Counted from the first letter of the stretch, positions 19,293 to 30,583 are shown. The stretch: 64,000 bases of DNA from Anaerolineae bacterium (GCA_024653325.1 JANLFX010000003.1:11334-75333), one strand, 5' to 3'. Notes: generated by a model from the sequence alone, not told the origin. Program-made: numbers and translations.

Positions 19293-20296
19293 ATCAATTC
19301 GGCGATCTCACTCTTTTCGCTGGCGACGGATTCAAAATACACGCGCACACCTACCTCGGTTTCCGGTTTGCCGGTATTGGAGCGATCATAGCGCAACTCA
19401 AGCACCAGCGCCTTCTTAATGCGGTTGCGTGGCCACGGTGCTCCCAGGTCAAGTTCGTTTCGGCGCAGGCGTTCGCGCCCGCTTTTGCTCAGATAATCCA
19501 GCGCGGTGTCGGTGTTGAGGTCTTCGTAAAAGGCCAGGATAATACTTTCCGGGTGGGGAGAGGCGGCTACATCTTTGGGTTTGCCGGCTGCAAATTCCAG
19601 ATTGCGCTCGATGGAGGGATACAATTGATCATATTCGTTGAGGTAGGTCCCGTTCTGTGGACGGTAGACGCGCCGCACCGCCAACTGGCTGCGGTCTTCA
19701 GCGTACTCTTTAACAACCACCTCGTCGGTGTTTATTGCTATGTGCCCATGGGCGTGGAAAACTCCCAGACACCGGTATCCGGGCAGGGTTTCTTCGGCGC
19801 TTTTGCTTCCCCGCCAGGTGAAAATAGCCGCGTCGGTGACCAACCCGTCGGCATTCACGCTTTCGATCACCACTTCCAGGCCCTTGTTTTTGGTAATCAC
19901 GTCGGCCATCCGTGCCTGGCAGGGATTCTCGCCCAGATAACGTCCGTCCGGTGGGTTCAGAGAATAGGGCACGATTTCCGGCAGTTGTTTGCCATCTTTC
20001 GGCATTTCAGCATGGTACACTGCAGCAGCGATGGGACTAAGCTGGTCTGCCTGGGCGCCAGGCGCTTTGTACCGATAAAATAGCACCCAATCCAGACGAC
20101 CGTCGCTATCGGTATCCAGCCGTTCCACCTGCTGGGCCTGCAACCCCTCTGGCAGGATTTTAGTGAAATCCAGGCGCGGATCTTCGCGTTTGATAGGATT
20201 ACACCCTGGGAGAGCCAGTGCCATCAAGCTGGCGCCCAGCAGGTGGAGAAAAAAGGCTATTGAAAACAGCCCTGTCGCGTGTCTGGACACTTCCAA
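19226..20296 (-). CDS. hypothetical lipoprotein
   Basis: Signal peptide with lipobox LALPGC; no recognisable catalytic motif; overlaps the start of the downstream ArnT-like gene. Confidence 0.55.
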   Translation of the reverse strand: MEVSRHATGLFSIAFFLHLLGASLMALALPGCNPIKREDPRLDFTKILPEGLQAQQVERLDTDSDGRLDWVLFYRYKAPGAQADQLSPIAAAVYHAEMPKDGKQLPEIVPYSLNPPDGRYLGENPCQARMADVITKNKGLEVVIESVNADGLVTDAAIFTWRGSKSAEETLPGYRCLGVFHAHGHIAINTDEVVVKEYAEDRSQLAVRRVYRPQNGTYLNEYDQLYPSIERNLEFAAGKPKDVAASPHPESIILAFYEDLNTDTALDYLSKSGRERLRRNELDLGAPWPRNRIKKALVLELRYDRSNTGKPETEVGVRVYFESVASEKSEIAELIWTCVQEDGFWKMDRSRRASEK

Positions 20297-20310
20297 GCCC
20301 CTTATAGGGG

Positions 20311-20337
20311 GTAGGACAGGCTTAAGCCTGTCCTACT
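20311..20337. terminator. palindromic hairpin GTAGGACAGGC-TTAA-GCCTGTCCTAC (copy 2 of 2), directly downstream of lon
   Basis: Exact copy of the 8880-8905 palindrome; coordinates are +/-1 nt because of an ORF-track/sequence discrepancy. Confidence 0.6.
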
Positions 20338-22819
20338 AATCATTCGCTGGCGACTGCTCGCTCCCGCGGGACGAGCTGCGTCGGCTTTTCGTGCCGACTC
20401 GCTTGTGAGAGGTTGGTGGTGCCGGCAGCAGTGATTCGGCTAACACTTCGTCCATTCGCTCTACGAAAATAAACCTTAGGTCGCGCTTGGCTTTCTTGGG
20501 TAGCTCGACCAGGTCCTTCTTGTTTTCTTTAGGCACCAGCACAACGCGCAGGCCGGCGCGATGGGCAGCCAATACCTTTTCCTTGAAACCACCGATAGGC
20601 AATATTTTGCCCCGTAGGGTGATCTCACCGGTCATGGCCACGTCACGACGTACCGGACGGCCAGTGAGAGCCGAGATCAAGGCCGTGGCGATAGTAATCC
20701 CTGCCGAAGGGCCGTCCTTAGGAATCGAACCTTCCGGGATGTGGATGTGGATGTCCAGGCGGTCAAAATCGCGTCTGTCCTTAATTCCCAACTCTTTGGC
20801 ATGGGAGCGCGCGTAGCTAAGCGCGGCCTGAGCCGACTCTTGCATCACCTCACCGAGCTGTCCGGTAAGAAGCAACGAACCCTTGCCTTCCATCAGGGTG
20901 ACTTCCACTGGCATCAAATCACCACCAGCCGCGGTCCAGGCCACACCGGTAGCCACCCCTACCTCATCTTCTCGCTCTGCGATCCCAAAGGTGTAATAAG
21001 GCGGGCCCAGGAATTTGACCAGGGACTGACTGGTGATATTGGTGGGGGCGCGTTTACCCTCTGCCACCCGGCGGGCCACCTTACGGCAGATATTAGCGAT
21101 TTCCCGCTCCAGATTGCGCACCCCGGCCTCGTAAGTGTACTCGCGGATGATGGATTTCAGGGCCGCGTCTGAAAAGTGTAATCGTCCTGCCGGCAGGCCG
21201 TGTTCCTCCAACTGCTTGGGGATAAGAAAACGGCGAGCGATGTGTATCTTCTCTTCCTCGATGTAACCGGGAAATTCGATAACCTCCATCCGATCTCGCA
21301 GGGCAGGCGGGATTGGGTCCAGGAGATTGGCTGTGGTGATGAATATTACCTTGGAAAGGTCATAAGGCACTTCCAGGTAATGGTCGCTGAAGGCGAAGTT
21401 CTGCTCCGGGTCCAGGACTTCCAGCAAGGCTGCGCTGGGGTCGCCGCGGAAATCAATACCCACCTTGTCAATCTCATCGAGCATGAACAAGGGGTTGATG
21501 GTGCCTGCGCGACACATCGTTTGGATAATCCTGCCGGGCAGGGCGCCGATGTAAGTTCGGCGGTGGCCACGAATTTCAGCCTCATCCCTAATGCCCCCCA
21601 GACTGACGCGCACGAATTTGCGTCCCAATGCGTCCGCGATAGACTTGCCCAGCGAGGTCTTGCCTGTGCCCGGTGGCCCGACGAAGCAGAGGATTGGGCT
21701 GCGCATTTTATTGGCCGCCAACTTGCGCACAGCGATGTATTCCAGGATGCGTTCCTTGGCCTGGGTCAGGCCATAGTGACTTTCCTCCAGCATCCGCGCC
21801 GCAGCGGCGATGTCCACGTTATCTTCGGTGGCTTTGCTCCACGGTAATTCTAACAGCCAGTCCAGATACGTGCGGATGATCCCGGTTTCCGGAGCCATAG
21901 GCGGCATGGCTGCCAGCCGCTCTACCTCTTTCTCAGCTTTTTCCCGGACCTCGCCCGGCATATCAGAAGCGGCAATTTTCTCTCGTAGCTCATTAATCTC
22001 CTGGGTGAAAGTATCTCCTTCTCCCAATTCGTTTTGGATAGCTTTCATCTGTTCGCGCAGGAAGTACTCGCGTTGAGAGCGGTCTACTTCCTGCTGCACC
22101 TGGGTGTGGATGCGGTTCTCCAGCTCCAGGACATCCAATTCTCTGGCCAGCATGATGCTCAGTCTTTGCAGGCGCACCGATGGGTCAATCGTTTCCAGGA
22201 TGCTTTGCCGCTCGTCGAGGTCAAGCTCCAGGGTGGAAGCTACCAAATCTGCTAGCCATCCCGGTTCATCCACGTTCATGGCGAACACATAGGTGTCCTC
22301 CGGAATAGTGTGGCTCAGTTGCACGCACTTTTCAAACAAGGCCAGTACTGCCCGCATCAAAGCCTCGGTAGAGAGGTCCTTCTCGCTGAACTCGATGATG
22401 GGCCGTACACTCGCCATGAGGTAGGGGGTGATCTGCACATAGTCTAGAATGGCCACTCGTTGCTTGCCCTGGGCCAGAATGCTGGTTGTGCCATCGGGCA
22501 GGCGTAACATGCGCACAATCTCCACCTCGGTTCCTATGTCGTAAAGGTCTTCTGGACCCGGGTCTTGTACAGTTGGATCTCGCTGGGCCACCACTATAAT
22601 CGTATCTCCATCGGCCATGGCTGCATCCACGGCCTTGAGGGAGCGATCACGTCCCACAAAGAGGGGAGAAACCATGTGAGGAAACATCACCGTGTCCCGC
22701 ACGGCCAGCACGGGATAAACTCGCATATCCTCGCTTTCCTCGTTTACTTCTTCAACTTCGCGTCGTTCGAACTCGCGTAACCCCCTTAACAGTGTTTCCA
22801 AATCCTCGTTCATTTCCAT
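20336..22819 (-). CDS. lon: ATP-dependent Lon protease (endopeptidase La)
   Basis: Lon N-domain, AAA+ module GPPGTGKTS, and protease-domain serine context DGPSAGITIATAL with the lysine dyad; unusual basic/Ser-rich C-terminal tail. Confidence 0.95.
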   Translation of the reverse strand: MEMNEDLETLLRGLREFERREVEEVNEESEDMRVYPVLAVRDTVMFPHMVSPLFVGRDRSLKAVDAAMADGDTIIVVAQRDPTVQDPGPEDLYDIGTEVEIVRMLRLPDGTTSILAQGKQRVAILDYVQITPYLMASVRPIIEFSEKDLSTEALMRAVLALFEKCVQLSHTIPEDTYVFAMNVDEPGWLADLVASTLELDLDERQSILETIDPSVRLQRLSIMLARELDVLELENRIHTQVQQEVDRSQREYFLREQMKAIQNELGEGDTFTQEINELREKIAASDMPGEVREKAEKEVERLAAMPPMAPETGIIRTYLDWLLELPWSKATEDNVDIAAAARMLEESHYGLTQAKERILEYIAVRKLAANKMRSPILCFVGPPGTGKTSLGKSIADALGRKFVRVSLGGIRDEAEIRGHRRTYIGALPGRIIQTMCRAGTINPLFMLDEIDKVGIDFRGDPSAALLEVLDPEQNFAFSDHYLEVPYDLSKVIFITTANLLDPIPPALRDRMEVIEFPGYIEEEKIHIARRFLIPKQLEEHGLPAGRLHFSDAALKSIIREYTYEAGVRNLEREIANICRKVARRVAEGKRAPTNITSQSLVKFLGPPYYTFGIAEREDEVGVATGVAWTAAGGDLMPVEVTLMEGKGSLLLTGQLGEVMQESAQAALSYARSHAKELGIKDRRDFDRLDIHIHIPEGSIPKDGPSAGITIATALISALTGRPVRRDVAMTGEITLRGKILPIGGFKEKVLAAHRAGLRVVLVPKENKKDLVELPKKAKRDLRFIFVERMDEVLAESLLPAPPTSHKRVGTKSRRSSSRGSEQSPAND

Positions 22820-22912
22820 CCTCCGTCACAACGGACAACCCGGGAATTGATCCACGGGTTTAATCGTTCATCTTTGTTTTTAATATACCACACTTTTGCA
22901 ATTAGGCAACTC

Positions 22913-22945
22913 AGGTGACAGTCACCTCAAAGGTGACTGTCACCT
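22913..22945. terminator. perfect 15-bp stem hairpin AGGTGACAGTCACCT-CAA-AGGTGACTGTCACCT between the folC stop and the lon start
   Basis: Member of the GGTGAC-N-GTCACC hairpin family (also 39380-39412, 4187-4203). Confidence 0.6.
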
Positions 22946-22954
22946 GATACCGTA

Positions 22955-24292
22955 TTACGGATCGGTCTGTGGCCCTGGAACGCCGATATACTTGTACCAG
23001 GCTGCGCGTGCGTCGGCTACTACGTAGAGAGAACCGGTCACGCAAACCAGGTCCTCCGCCCTGGCGATTTGTAAAGCCCGTTTCAAAGCCGCTTCCACAG
23101 GAATTACGCACTCCGCCGTCCTGCCCTGGGCCTGGACCTCAGCCAGCAAATCTGTTGGGTCGAGGGCTCGCGGGTTGCTTACCCGGGTGAGAATTACCCG
23201 GTCAGCGATGGGCAAAAGTGCGGTTAACATATCGGGAACGCTGTGCCCGGCCAGGGCCGCGTAGACCAATATCAGTCGCCGATAATGGAAAATGGTTGGC
23301 AAAGCTGCGGCCAGTTTTTGAGCTGAATCCCCATTGTGTGCTCCGTCCACTATCACCCACGGCCGACGGCTCATTACCTCCATTCTCCCAGGCCAGTGCA
23401 CTCCTGCCAGGCCATTGGCCACTGCCTGGGCGGAGATGTCAATGCCCTCATGCCGTAGCACATCTATCGTGGTCAGGACGGTTGCGGCGTTGACCAGTTG
23501 ATGATGGCCCAACAGTGGCAAATGATAAGTAATCCACGGGCCACCTTTGCGGCGGGCGGAGAAAACCTGACCATCAGGGGTGACTTTCCCCGGACGCCAT
23601 TCCCAAACGTGATCGGCTACGGTAAGTGGTGCTCCTCGATTTTGGCAAACCATCTCTATCACGGACAATGCCTCGTCAGGCTGCGGTGCACTGACTACGG
23701 GCACACCTGGTTTGATGATGCCTGCTTTCTCAGTGGCAATGGCGGTCAGAGTATTCCCCAGATACTGAACGTGGTCGAAACTAATGGGCGTGATCACTGA
23801 AACCAGTGGTGTAACCACGTTAGTCGCGTCCAGGCGTCCCCCCAATCCCACCTCCAGCACGGCCAGGTCCACCGCCCTTTCCGCAAAATATTCGCAGCCC
23901 AGAGCGGTAATGATTTCGAACGTGGTCAGGACGGGAACTTGGGCGATCAGCGGTTGCAGCCGTTCAGCGAGTGCGGCTACGGCACTTTCGGAGATCATTT
24001 CGTCGTCTATGCGGATGCGTTCCCGAAAGGTGTGGAGATGGGGAGAGGTGTACAATCCCACCCGGTAGCCGGCTGCCCGCAAAACCGCAGCGATCATGGC
24101 CGAGGTAGAGCCCTTACCTTTGGTACCGGCTACGTGCACAGAGCGAAACTTCTGGTGAGGATTATGTAGCAATGACAATAAGCGAACCACTCGCTCCAGA
24201 TTGAAATGCTCCGGGGAATATAGGAATTCCGTTTTTTTCTCATAATCTGTGAAGCTATAGAGATAATCTAGAGCGGCTTTATAGGTTAGCAC
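22955..24292 (-). CDS. folC: bifunctional folylpolyglutamate synthase / dihydrofolate synthase
   Basis: Mur-ligase family P-loop GTKGKGST, the DATNVVTP motif and FolC length. Confidence 0.9.
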   Translation of the reverse strand: MLTYKAALDYLYSFTDYEKKTEFLYSPEHFNLERVVRLLSLLHNPHQKFRSVHVAGTKGKGSTSAMIAAVLRAAGYRVGLYTSPHLHTFRERIRIDDEMISESAVAALAERLQPLIAQVPVLTTFEIITALGCEYFAERAVDLAVLEVGLGGRLDATNVVTPLVSVITPISFDHVQYLGNTLTAIATEKAGIIKPGVPVVSAPQPDEALSVIEMVCQNRGAPLTVADHVWEWRPGKVTPDGQVFSARRKGGPWITYHLPLLGHHQLVNAATVLTTIDVLRHEGIDISAQAVANGLAGVHWPGRMEVMSRRPWVIVDGAHNGDSAQKLAAALPTIFHYRRLILVYAALAGHSVPDMLTALLPIADRVILTRVSNPRALDPTDLLAEVQAQGRTAECVIPVEAALKRALQIARAEDLVCVTGSLYVVADARAAWYKYIGVPGPQTDP

Positions 24293-24406
24293 ACTTTCTC
24301 CTTACCGACGTGCAGGCCTTCTTTTTGGCGCAATTTAATTCTATACCAAGCGTCTCAAAAAGTAAAGCGGCGTTCAGGGGGCATGGTTACTCCACAGGTG
24401 TTCTGG

Positions 24407-24434
24407 TTGACTTCTTCGTCAACTCTGCTATACT
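24407..24434 (+). promoter_or_regulatory. sigma-70-like promoter (TTGACT, 16 nt spacer, TATACT) upstream of the ECF sigma gene
   Basis: Hexamers about 95 nt upstream of the GTG start; a leader hairpin AAACCGG...CCGGTGTTT follows. Confidence 0.35.
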
Positions 24435-24528
24435 TTAAGAAGAGCGGATAATGAAACCGTAACGGAAACCGGTCTCCGGTGTTTCTATTTAGGAGCACTG
24501 GAAGAACCGCTGGGAAGGAACCCGTCCA

Positions 24529-25095
24529 GTGTCCTGTGATGAAACTGAGGAAGCCTTGGTGGAAAGGGCCAAGGAGGACCCTGCCGCTTTTGGGCTGCTG
24601 TACCAGCGCTATGTGAAGCAAATCTACAACTATGTTTATTATCGTACGGGAAACCATCATGATGCAGAAGACCTTACTGCCCGTACTTTCTATTATGCTC
24701 TGAGCAATATCGGTCGCTATCAGAGTCAGGGCGTGCCATTCTCGGCTTGGCTGTACCGCATTGCCCATAATCAAGTCGCCAACTGGCATCGGGATCGCAG
24801 CCGCCGTAAAATGATAGCCCTCGATGAACTCCTCTCGATCAGCCAACGCAAGATCACTCCGGAGAGTCTGATAGAGGCCAAAGAAGAGCGTAACGATTTG
24901 CTGAAAGCTATCAGAAGATTGCCGCCTGACCGCCAACAACTCCTTATTCTCAAATTCACCGCAGGGTTGTCCAATACGGAGATTGGGCAGGTGATGGGGC
25001 GTAGCGAAGGAGCGATTAAGTCTTTGTATCATCGTACCTTATTGGTCTTACGGGAAGAGCTGATTAACAGGGATGAGGTTGGAGAGACAGGTTGA
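24529..25095 (+). CDS. ECF-subfamily RNA polymerase sigma-70 factor
   Basis: Sigma region 2 (YNYVYYRTGNHHDAEDLTARTF...WLYRIAHN) and region 4 HTH (LSNTEIGQVMGRSEGAIKSLYHRTL); GTG start. Confidence 0.85.
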   Translation: MSCDETEEALVERAKEDPAAFGLLYQRYVKQIYNYVYYRTGNHHDAEDLTARTFYYALSNIGRYQSQGVPFSAWLYRIAHNQVANWHRDRSRRKMIALDELLSISQRKITPESLIEAKEERNDLLKAIRRLPPDRQQLLILKFTAGLSNTEIGQVMGRSEGAIKSLYHRTLLVLREELINRDEVGETG

Positions 25096-25230
25096 GTTCG
25101 CGCCAGTGCTTCGCATTGGATAAGAAAAAAAGTCACTTACCTCAAGAGTATGGAATACAACTCGAAATACAGACCTTGCGGATGAAGGACTTGGATTATT
25201 GTACGTAGAGAAATCAGAGGACATAAAGCT

Positions 25231-25515
25231 ATGAATTCCAGGACACATGAGGAGTGGGAACCTTTATTGGTTGTGGCGGAGAAGGTGAGGGCCTCTCTTT
25301 TGCCGGTGGAGCCTTCACCTGCTTTCGTGCAAGATTTACATCGCAATCTATTAGCTATGGCCAGCGGCAAACGGCTGCGAACCCCTTTATCGGCCAGGCA
25401 TGGCCTGCTGATAGGGGCAGCCGCATTAGGCTCAGCACTGTCTGTGGTTGGAATTATCGCTTATGTAGTGCGTTCGCGGGCCAGCGCCGAGGCCAAAACA
25501 TCGGTCCACGGGTGA
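25231..25515 (+). CDS. putative anti-sigma factor (small single-pass membrane protein)
   Basis: Sits 135 nt downstream of the ECF sigma gene; soluble N-terminal region followed by one C-terminal TM helix ([23 protein letters not shown]). Confidence 0.4.
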   Translation: MNSRTHEEWEPLLVVAEKVRASLLPVEPSPAFVQDLHRNLLAMASGKRLRTPLSARHGLLIGAAALGSALSVVGIIAYVVRSRASAEAKTSVHG

Positions 25516-25715
25516 TAGCTGCAGCACGCCGCCTGGCCTCTGTGTGCATATTTCTCGGTAAATCGCTAAGCATAAGAACGGACGCGCAGACGGTGAGCTT
25601 CCCTTTCAAGAGCGCGGCGGAGCATACCACTTATTGTGGCTGATGGGGAAGAAAAATGCTATATGTAGTATAACTTTGGGTAGTGATTAAGAAGATAAAA
25701 AGCGCGGAAAAATAT

Positions 25716-25745
25716 TTGACACAATTTGATTTATAGTAGTATAAT
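25716..25745 (+). promoter_or_regulatory. consensus sigma-70 promoter (TTGACA, 18 nt spacer, TATAAT) with an AT-rich UP-like region, at the head of the rpoB leader
   Basis: Perfect -35 and -10 hexamers in an AT-rich island 330 nt upstream of rpoB. Confidence 0.5.
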
Positions 25746-25767
25746 AATCTGATGCAAGAAGAATAGC

Positions 25768-25810
25768 AACCCAATTTGCGTAGCGGTCAGACATACGTAT
25801 TGGGTTTTTT
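25768..25810 (+). terminator. hairpin AACCCAAT ... ATTGGGTT + TTTT about 25 nt downstream of the promoter (attenuator or short-transcript terminator)
   Basis: 8-bp stem, 23-nt loop, then a T-tract; sits between the promoter and the remaining 260 nt of rpoB leader. Confidence 0.35.
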
Positions 25811-26072
25811 GCTGTTATAGGTAAATTCAATTGAATCTCCTTCTGACTTCCCCCCTGCAATGGAGCGGGCCCAACGGCGTGTCTTTATGGTCTGACCGTG
25901 CAATTTGCACGGAGATGTAGCGCCGGTGGAAGCAACGAAGGCTCAGCTCGGATTTGTTGCATCCCCCATAATGGTAACTCCTGTCAGCTTTTATACATTC
26001 GAAGAACGGTGATCCTGACCGTTGGGTCTTGATCTCATAGGGGGTAATGATAATTTAAGGAGTGGGTGGTAG

Positions 26073-29000
26073 ATGAATCGGAATGCGCATTACAAATCAT
26101 ATGCCCGGATCGCAGATGTACATCCGTTGCCTGGCTTAATTGATGTGCAATTAGACTCGTTCGACTGGTTCAAAAGAGAGGGTCTGCTGGAACTATTTGA
26201 TGAAATCTCTCCCATCGAGAGTTTTAATGGTCTGATCTCTTTGCACTTCCCGGCTTACCATGATCCTGTCAGTAAGCAACTGGGTTTGACCTATCGTTTC
26301 GAAGAGCCGAAATACGGAGAGCAGGAATGCCTGGAACGAGATATGACCTTCGCCGCTCCTTTGTATGTGGAGGTTGACCTGCATAACAAGGAGACTGACG
26401 AACATATCCGATCCGAGATCTTTCTGGGCGACTTCCCGCTGATGACCGAGAACGGCACATTCATCATCAACGGCACTGAGCGGGTGGTAGTCAGCCAGCT
26501 CATTCGTTCTCCAGGCGTTTATTTTGATGCTGAAGAAGATCGCACCACAGGACGCCTGCTCAGCCAGGCCAAGCTCATTCCAGATAGAGGGGCCTGGATG
26601 GAGTTTGAAACCCGCAAAAGTGACTACCTGACTCTTAAGTTTAACCGCAAACGCACTATCCCGGTCACCATCTTGTTACGGGCTCTGGCGGCGGTAGACG
26701 ATGGAATGGGGACCGACGTGCTGAAGGAGGGTAGTGACGAGGAACTACGGGCCCTTTTTGCTGAATCGGATACCCATCCGGACCATCAATACATCACTGC
26801 CACGATCCGTCAGGAACCAGCGTGGGAACCTAAAGAGGGTCGCACGGTAGCCCAAGAAGCACTGCTGGAATTCTACAAGCGCATGCGACCAGGGGACCCA
26901 CCCACGTTGGAAAACGCTGAGGAGTACCTGGTCTCGCAGATTTTCGACCAACGGCGTTATGATCTTGGACGAGTGGGGCGTTATAAGCTTAATCAGCGCC
27001 TGGGATTGGACATCCCATCCCATCACCGTATACTGACCAAGTTGGATCTGGTCAGGGTGGTGGAAAGGATGATCCGGGTAAACAACGGCCTGGCGGATCC
27101 GGATGACATTGACCACCTGGGCAACCGGCGGGTGAAGACGGTCGGGGAGCTGATCCAGAATAAATTGCGCATCGGCTTACGGCGGATGGAGCGTGTGGTG
27201 CGAGAGCGCATGAGCATTCGGGAAGCCGAGGAAATGACCCCGGTAGCGTTGATCAATATCCGTCCGGTGGTGGCTGCCGTGCGCGAGTTCTTCGGCTCCA
27301 GCCAGTTGTCCCAGTTCATGGATCAGGCGAATCCTCTGACAGAATTGACCCATAAGCGCACGTTGAGCGCTCTGGGGCCAGGTGGTTTGCGCCGTGAGCG
27401 CGCCGGGTTTGATGTGCGCGATGTGCATCACTCCCACTATGGACGCATTTGCCCCATCGAGACCCCAGAAGGGCCAAACATTGGTCTGATTGGCCGTCTG
27501 GCTACCTATGCCAGGGTGAATGAATATGGTTTCATTGAGACCCCTTACCGAAAAGTGGGGCGCACGGTGCCCAACGAGGCCGATAAGCTGCTTGGTCAAA
27601 TCCTGCGGGAGCAAATTATAGACCCCGAAAGTGGAGAGGTGGTGGCCGAGGCGGGCACGGAAGTGACTCGCGAACTGGCGGAGCGGATTGCGGCTTTGCC
27701 TTTGGATGAAGTAAAGATCCGCCCTGTAGTGACGAATGAGATCGTTTATCTCACGGCAGACAGAGAGGACTACTTCACCATTGCTCAGGCTAATGCCGAA
27801 TTGGATGAAAAGGGTCATTTCGTTGGGGATCGCGTGTCCGTGCGTCGTAGCCAGCGGTTTCTGTTCGAAACCCCTGACAAAATTGATTACATGGACGTAT
27901 CACCCAAGCAGGTAGTGGGCGTTTCTGCTTCTCTGATTCCCTTCCTGGAACATGATGACGCCAACCGGGCCTTGATGGGTTCTAATATGCAGCGTCAGGC
28001 AGTGCCCCTTTTGACTCCTGAGGTGGCCAGGGTGGTTACCGGGATGGAATATGAGGCGGCACGCGCCTCCGGACAGGTGATCGTGGCCCGAGAAGACCAG
28101 GAAGTGGTCAGTGTTACCGGTCAGCAGATAGTCCTGGCCGGGGAGAATGGTCTGCGTACCTACCAGTTGCGCAGGTTCAACCGCTCCAACCAATCTACCT
28201 GCATTGACCAGCGTCCGATTGTAAGCAAGGGGCAGCGGGTTAAGAAAGGCGATGTATTGGCGGATTCCTCGTCTACTGCCCAGGGCGCGCTGGCTTTGGG
28301 ACAGAACGTGCTGGTCGCTTTCATGTCCTGGGAGGGTAACAATTACGAGGATGCCATTATCATCAGTGAGAGTCTGGTGCGCGAAGACAAGTTTACCTCT
28401 ATCCATATTGAAAAGCATGAGATTGAAGCGCGCGAGACTAAACTCGGCCCGGAAGAGATCACCCGGGACATCCCCAACGTCGGTGAGGATGCGCTGAAGA
28501 ACCTGGACGAGAACGGCATTGTCCGTATCGGGGCAGAAGTGGGACCTGGCGATATTCTGGTCGGCAAGATCACCCCCAAGGGTGAGAAGGAGCTTACCCC
28601 GGAAGAGAAGTTACTGCGCGCCATTTTTGGTGAGAAGGCACGGGAAGTAAAGGATTCGTCGCTGCACATGCCTCACGGCGAGAGGGGCAAAGTGGTGGAT
28701 GTCAAGATCTTTGATCGTGACGAACACCGGGATCTGCAAACAGGTGTCAATCAACTGGTGCGCGTGAGCGTGGCGCAGCAACGGAAGATCACTGAGGGTG
28801 ATAAAATGGCCGGGCGGCATGGTAACAAAGGGGTCGTCTCCAAAGTAGTGCCCATTGAAGACATGCCATTCCTGCCAGATGGTACACCGGTGGAGATTAT
28901 CTTGAACCCGCTGGGCGTGCCAGGCCGGATGAACATCGGGCAGATTTTGGAAACACACCTGGGTTGGGCTGCTGAACGGCTGGGGTTCTACGCGGTAAGC

Positions 29001-29999
29001 CCTGTCTTTGATGGCGCCGATGAGCACGAGATCGAGGCCGAACTGGCCCGGGCCTGGATGATAGATAAAGCATGGGCGGAGATCACCCTGCGTGCCTGGG
29101 ATTGGCTCAAGAAGGAGGGCATTGATACCGAGCATCTTTCCGATGACGAAGCGCGCCTGTACTATATCCTGCACTGGTTTGAAGAGTTGGGTTGCGATTA
29201 CGACGAAGAACTCCTGGCCTATAATCAGGTTTACGCCCGGCGGGCGGTGTTGCGAGAGTGGCTGAAAGAACGCGGATATGATCCCGAAATGCTGCTGGCT
29301 TTCGAGGATGATCCTCGAAGCATCGTGGAACAGGATGAGAATGATCACCTGGCCATTGAAGCTTGTTTGAGACTGTGGTTAGAAGAACACGGTGAAGTAG
29401 TCCCGCCCAATCTGGCAGGTGAGGAGCTGAAGGCTTATGCTCATCAGGTCAGTAATCGCATTGGCTGGCCTGTACCCATAACCGGCAAGACCATACTATA
29501 CGATGGTAAGACAGGAGAGCCTTTTGATCGGCCAGTGACCGTGGGTATAATTCACATGATGAAACTGGCCCACTTGGTTGAGGATAAAGTGCATGCCCGG
29601 TCTACAGGACCTTACTCGCTGGTTACTCAGCAGCCGCTGGGTGGTAAGGCGCAGTTTGGTGGCCAGCGGTTTGGTGAGATGGAGGTTTGGGCCCTGGAAG
29701 CCTACGGTGCAGCCTATACGTTGCAGGAGATGTTGACCGTGAAATCGGACGATGTTACGGGGCGGGTGAAAACTTATGAGGCCATTGTCAAAGGTGAAGA
29801 GGTGACGGAACCCGGTGTACCAGCCTCGTTCCGGGTGTTGGTCAAGGAACTGCAGAGCTTAGGGCTGGTGGTAGAGGCCTTGGGGGAAAATGGTGAGGTG
29901 ATTGAGTTCGGGAAAGATGAAGAGCAAGAAAAAGTCCCCCATCTGGGTTCTGGCTTAGGATTTCTGGGCCTTGAGGAAGAAGAGATAGAGCAGATTTGA
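26073..29999 (+). CDS. rpoB: DNA-directed RNA polymerase subunit beta
   Basis: Universal beta-subunit motifs ([99 protein letters not shown]), 1308 aa. Confidence 0.97.
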   Translation: MNRNAHYKSYARIADVHPLPGLIDVQLDSFDWFKREGLLELFDEISPIESFNGLISLHFPAYHDPVSKQLGLTYRFEEPKYGEQECLERDMTFAAPLYVEVDLHNKETDEHIRSEIFLGDFPLMTENGTFIINGTERVVVSQLIRSPGVYFDAEEDRTTGRLLSQAKLIPDRGAWMEFETRKSDYLTLKFNRKRTIPVTILLRALAAVDDGMGTDVLKEGSDEELRALFAESDTHPDHQYITATIRQEPAWEPKEGRTVAQEALLEFYKRMRPGDPPTLENAEEYLVSQIFDQRRYDLGRVGRYKLNQRLGLDIPSHHRILTKLDLVRVVERMIRVNNGLADPDDIDHLGNRRVKTVGELIQNKLRIGLRRMERVVRERMSIREAEEMTPVALINIRPVVAAVREFFGSSQLSQFMDQANPLTELTHKRTLSALGPGGLRRERAGFDVRDVHHSHYGRICPIETPEGPNIGLIGRLATYARVNEYGFIETPYRKVGRTVPNEADKLLGQILREQIIDPESGEVVAEAGTEVTRELAERIAALPLDEVKIRPVVTNEIVYLTADREDYFTIAQANAELDEKGHFVGDRVSVRRSQRFLFETPDKIDYMDVSPKQVVGVSASLIPFLEHDDANRALMGSNMQRQAVPLLTPEVARVVTGMEYEAARASGQVIVAREDQEVVSVTGQQIVLAGENGLRTYQLRRFNRSNQSTCIDQRPIVSKGQRVKKGDVLADSSSTAQGALALGQNVLVAFMSWEGNNYEDAIIISESLVREDKFTSIHIEKHEIEARETKLGPEEITRDIPNVGEDALKNLDENGIVRIGAEVGPGDILVGKITPKGEKELTPEEKLLRAIFGEKAREVKDSSLHMPHGERGKVVDVKIFDRDEHRDLQTGVNQLVRVSVAQQRKITEGDKMAGRHGNKGVVSKVVPIEDMPFLPDGTPVEIILNPLGVPGRMNIGQILETHLGWAAERLGFYAVSPVFDGADEHEIEAELARAWMIDKAWAEITLRAWDWLKKEGIDTEHLSDDEARLYYILHWFEELGCDYDEELLAYNQVYARRAVLREWLKERGYDPEMLLAFEDDPRSIVEQDENDHLAIEACLRLWLEEHGEVVPPNLAGEELKAYAHQVSNRIGWPVPITGKTILYDGKTGEPFDRPVTVGIIHMMKLAHLVEDKVHARSTGPYSLVTQQPLGGKAQFGGQRFGEMEVWALEAYGAAYTLQEMLTVKSDDVTGRVKTYEAIVKGEEVTEPGVPASFRVLVKELQSLGLVVEALGENGEVIEFGKDEEQEKVPHLGSGLGFLGLEEEEIEQI

Positions 30000-30066
30000 C
30001 TTTTAGAAATTTCTGTAGTAAAATTTTCCTTCGTTGTCTAAAAATACTTTGGAGCGCGTAGGTTGG

Positions 30067-30100
30067 GACGAGGCCATCGCGGCTCTTTCGATGGCCTCGT
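30067..30100 (+). other. 12-bp perfect stem hairpin (GACGAGGCCATCG / CGATGGCCTCGT) in the rpoB-rpsL spacer
   Basis: Lies after an AT-rich stretch; candidate processing site or attenuator between rpoB and the str operon. Confidence 0.4.
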
Positions 30101-30148
30101 TCAATGGAACGAGAGCGTAGTTCGCCGATTTAAGAAGGGAGGAAACCA

Positions 30149-30583
30149 TTGCCCACCATCAATCAGTTGGCCAGAAAGGGTCGCTCACGTAAGCGAAGTA
30201 AGAGCAAAGCTCCGGCGTTGCTTTACACTTACAATGCGCTGAAGGGCCAACGCCAGCGGATAAGGCAGGGAGCGCCCCAGAAACGAGGGGTATGTACGCA
30301 GGTACGTACAATGACCCCGAAAAAGCCTAACTCGGCTTTGCGCAAAATCGCCCGAGTGCGTCTTACCAATGGCATTGAGGTCACGGCCTACATTCCTGGT
30401 GAGGGTCATACTTTACAAGAACACTCAGTGGTATTGGTGCGCGGTGGCCGCGTAAAGGATTTGCCAGGTGTGCGTTATCACATTATCCGTGGGGCGATGG
30501 ATTCCAGCGGTGTTGAGAATCGTCAACAGCAGCGGTCAAAGTACGGCACCAAGCAGCCTAAGAAGAAGCCCGGTGGGGCGTAA
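30149..30583 (+). CDS. rpsL: 30S ribosomal protein S12
   Basis: [10 protein letters not shown]...KKPNSALRK motifs; TTG start preceded by SD GGGAGGAAA. Confidence 0.95.
   Translation: MPTINQLARKGRSRKRSKSKAPALLYTYNALKGQRQRIRQGAPQKRGVCTQVRTMTPKKPNSALRKIARVRLTNGIEVTAYIPGEGHTLQEHSVVLVRGGRVKDLPGVRYHIIRGAMDSSGVENRQQQRSKYGTKQPKKKPGGA

Noticed and set aside
20281-20340. 1-nt disagreement between the displayed sequence and the ORF-track coordinates for the lipoprotein start and the lon stop
   Set aside because: Probably a transcription or counting artefact on my side. It only affects the palindrome coordinates by +/-1 and changes no call.
26073-29999. Possible lineage-specific insertion in rpoB (region [11 protein letters not shown]...[13 protein letters not shown])
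   Set aside because: The total length (1308 aa) is within the normal bacterial range and beta-subunit dispensable regions vary widely. I cannot delimit an insertion without an alignment.
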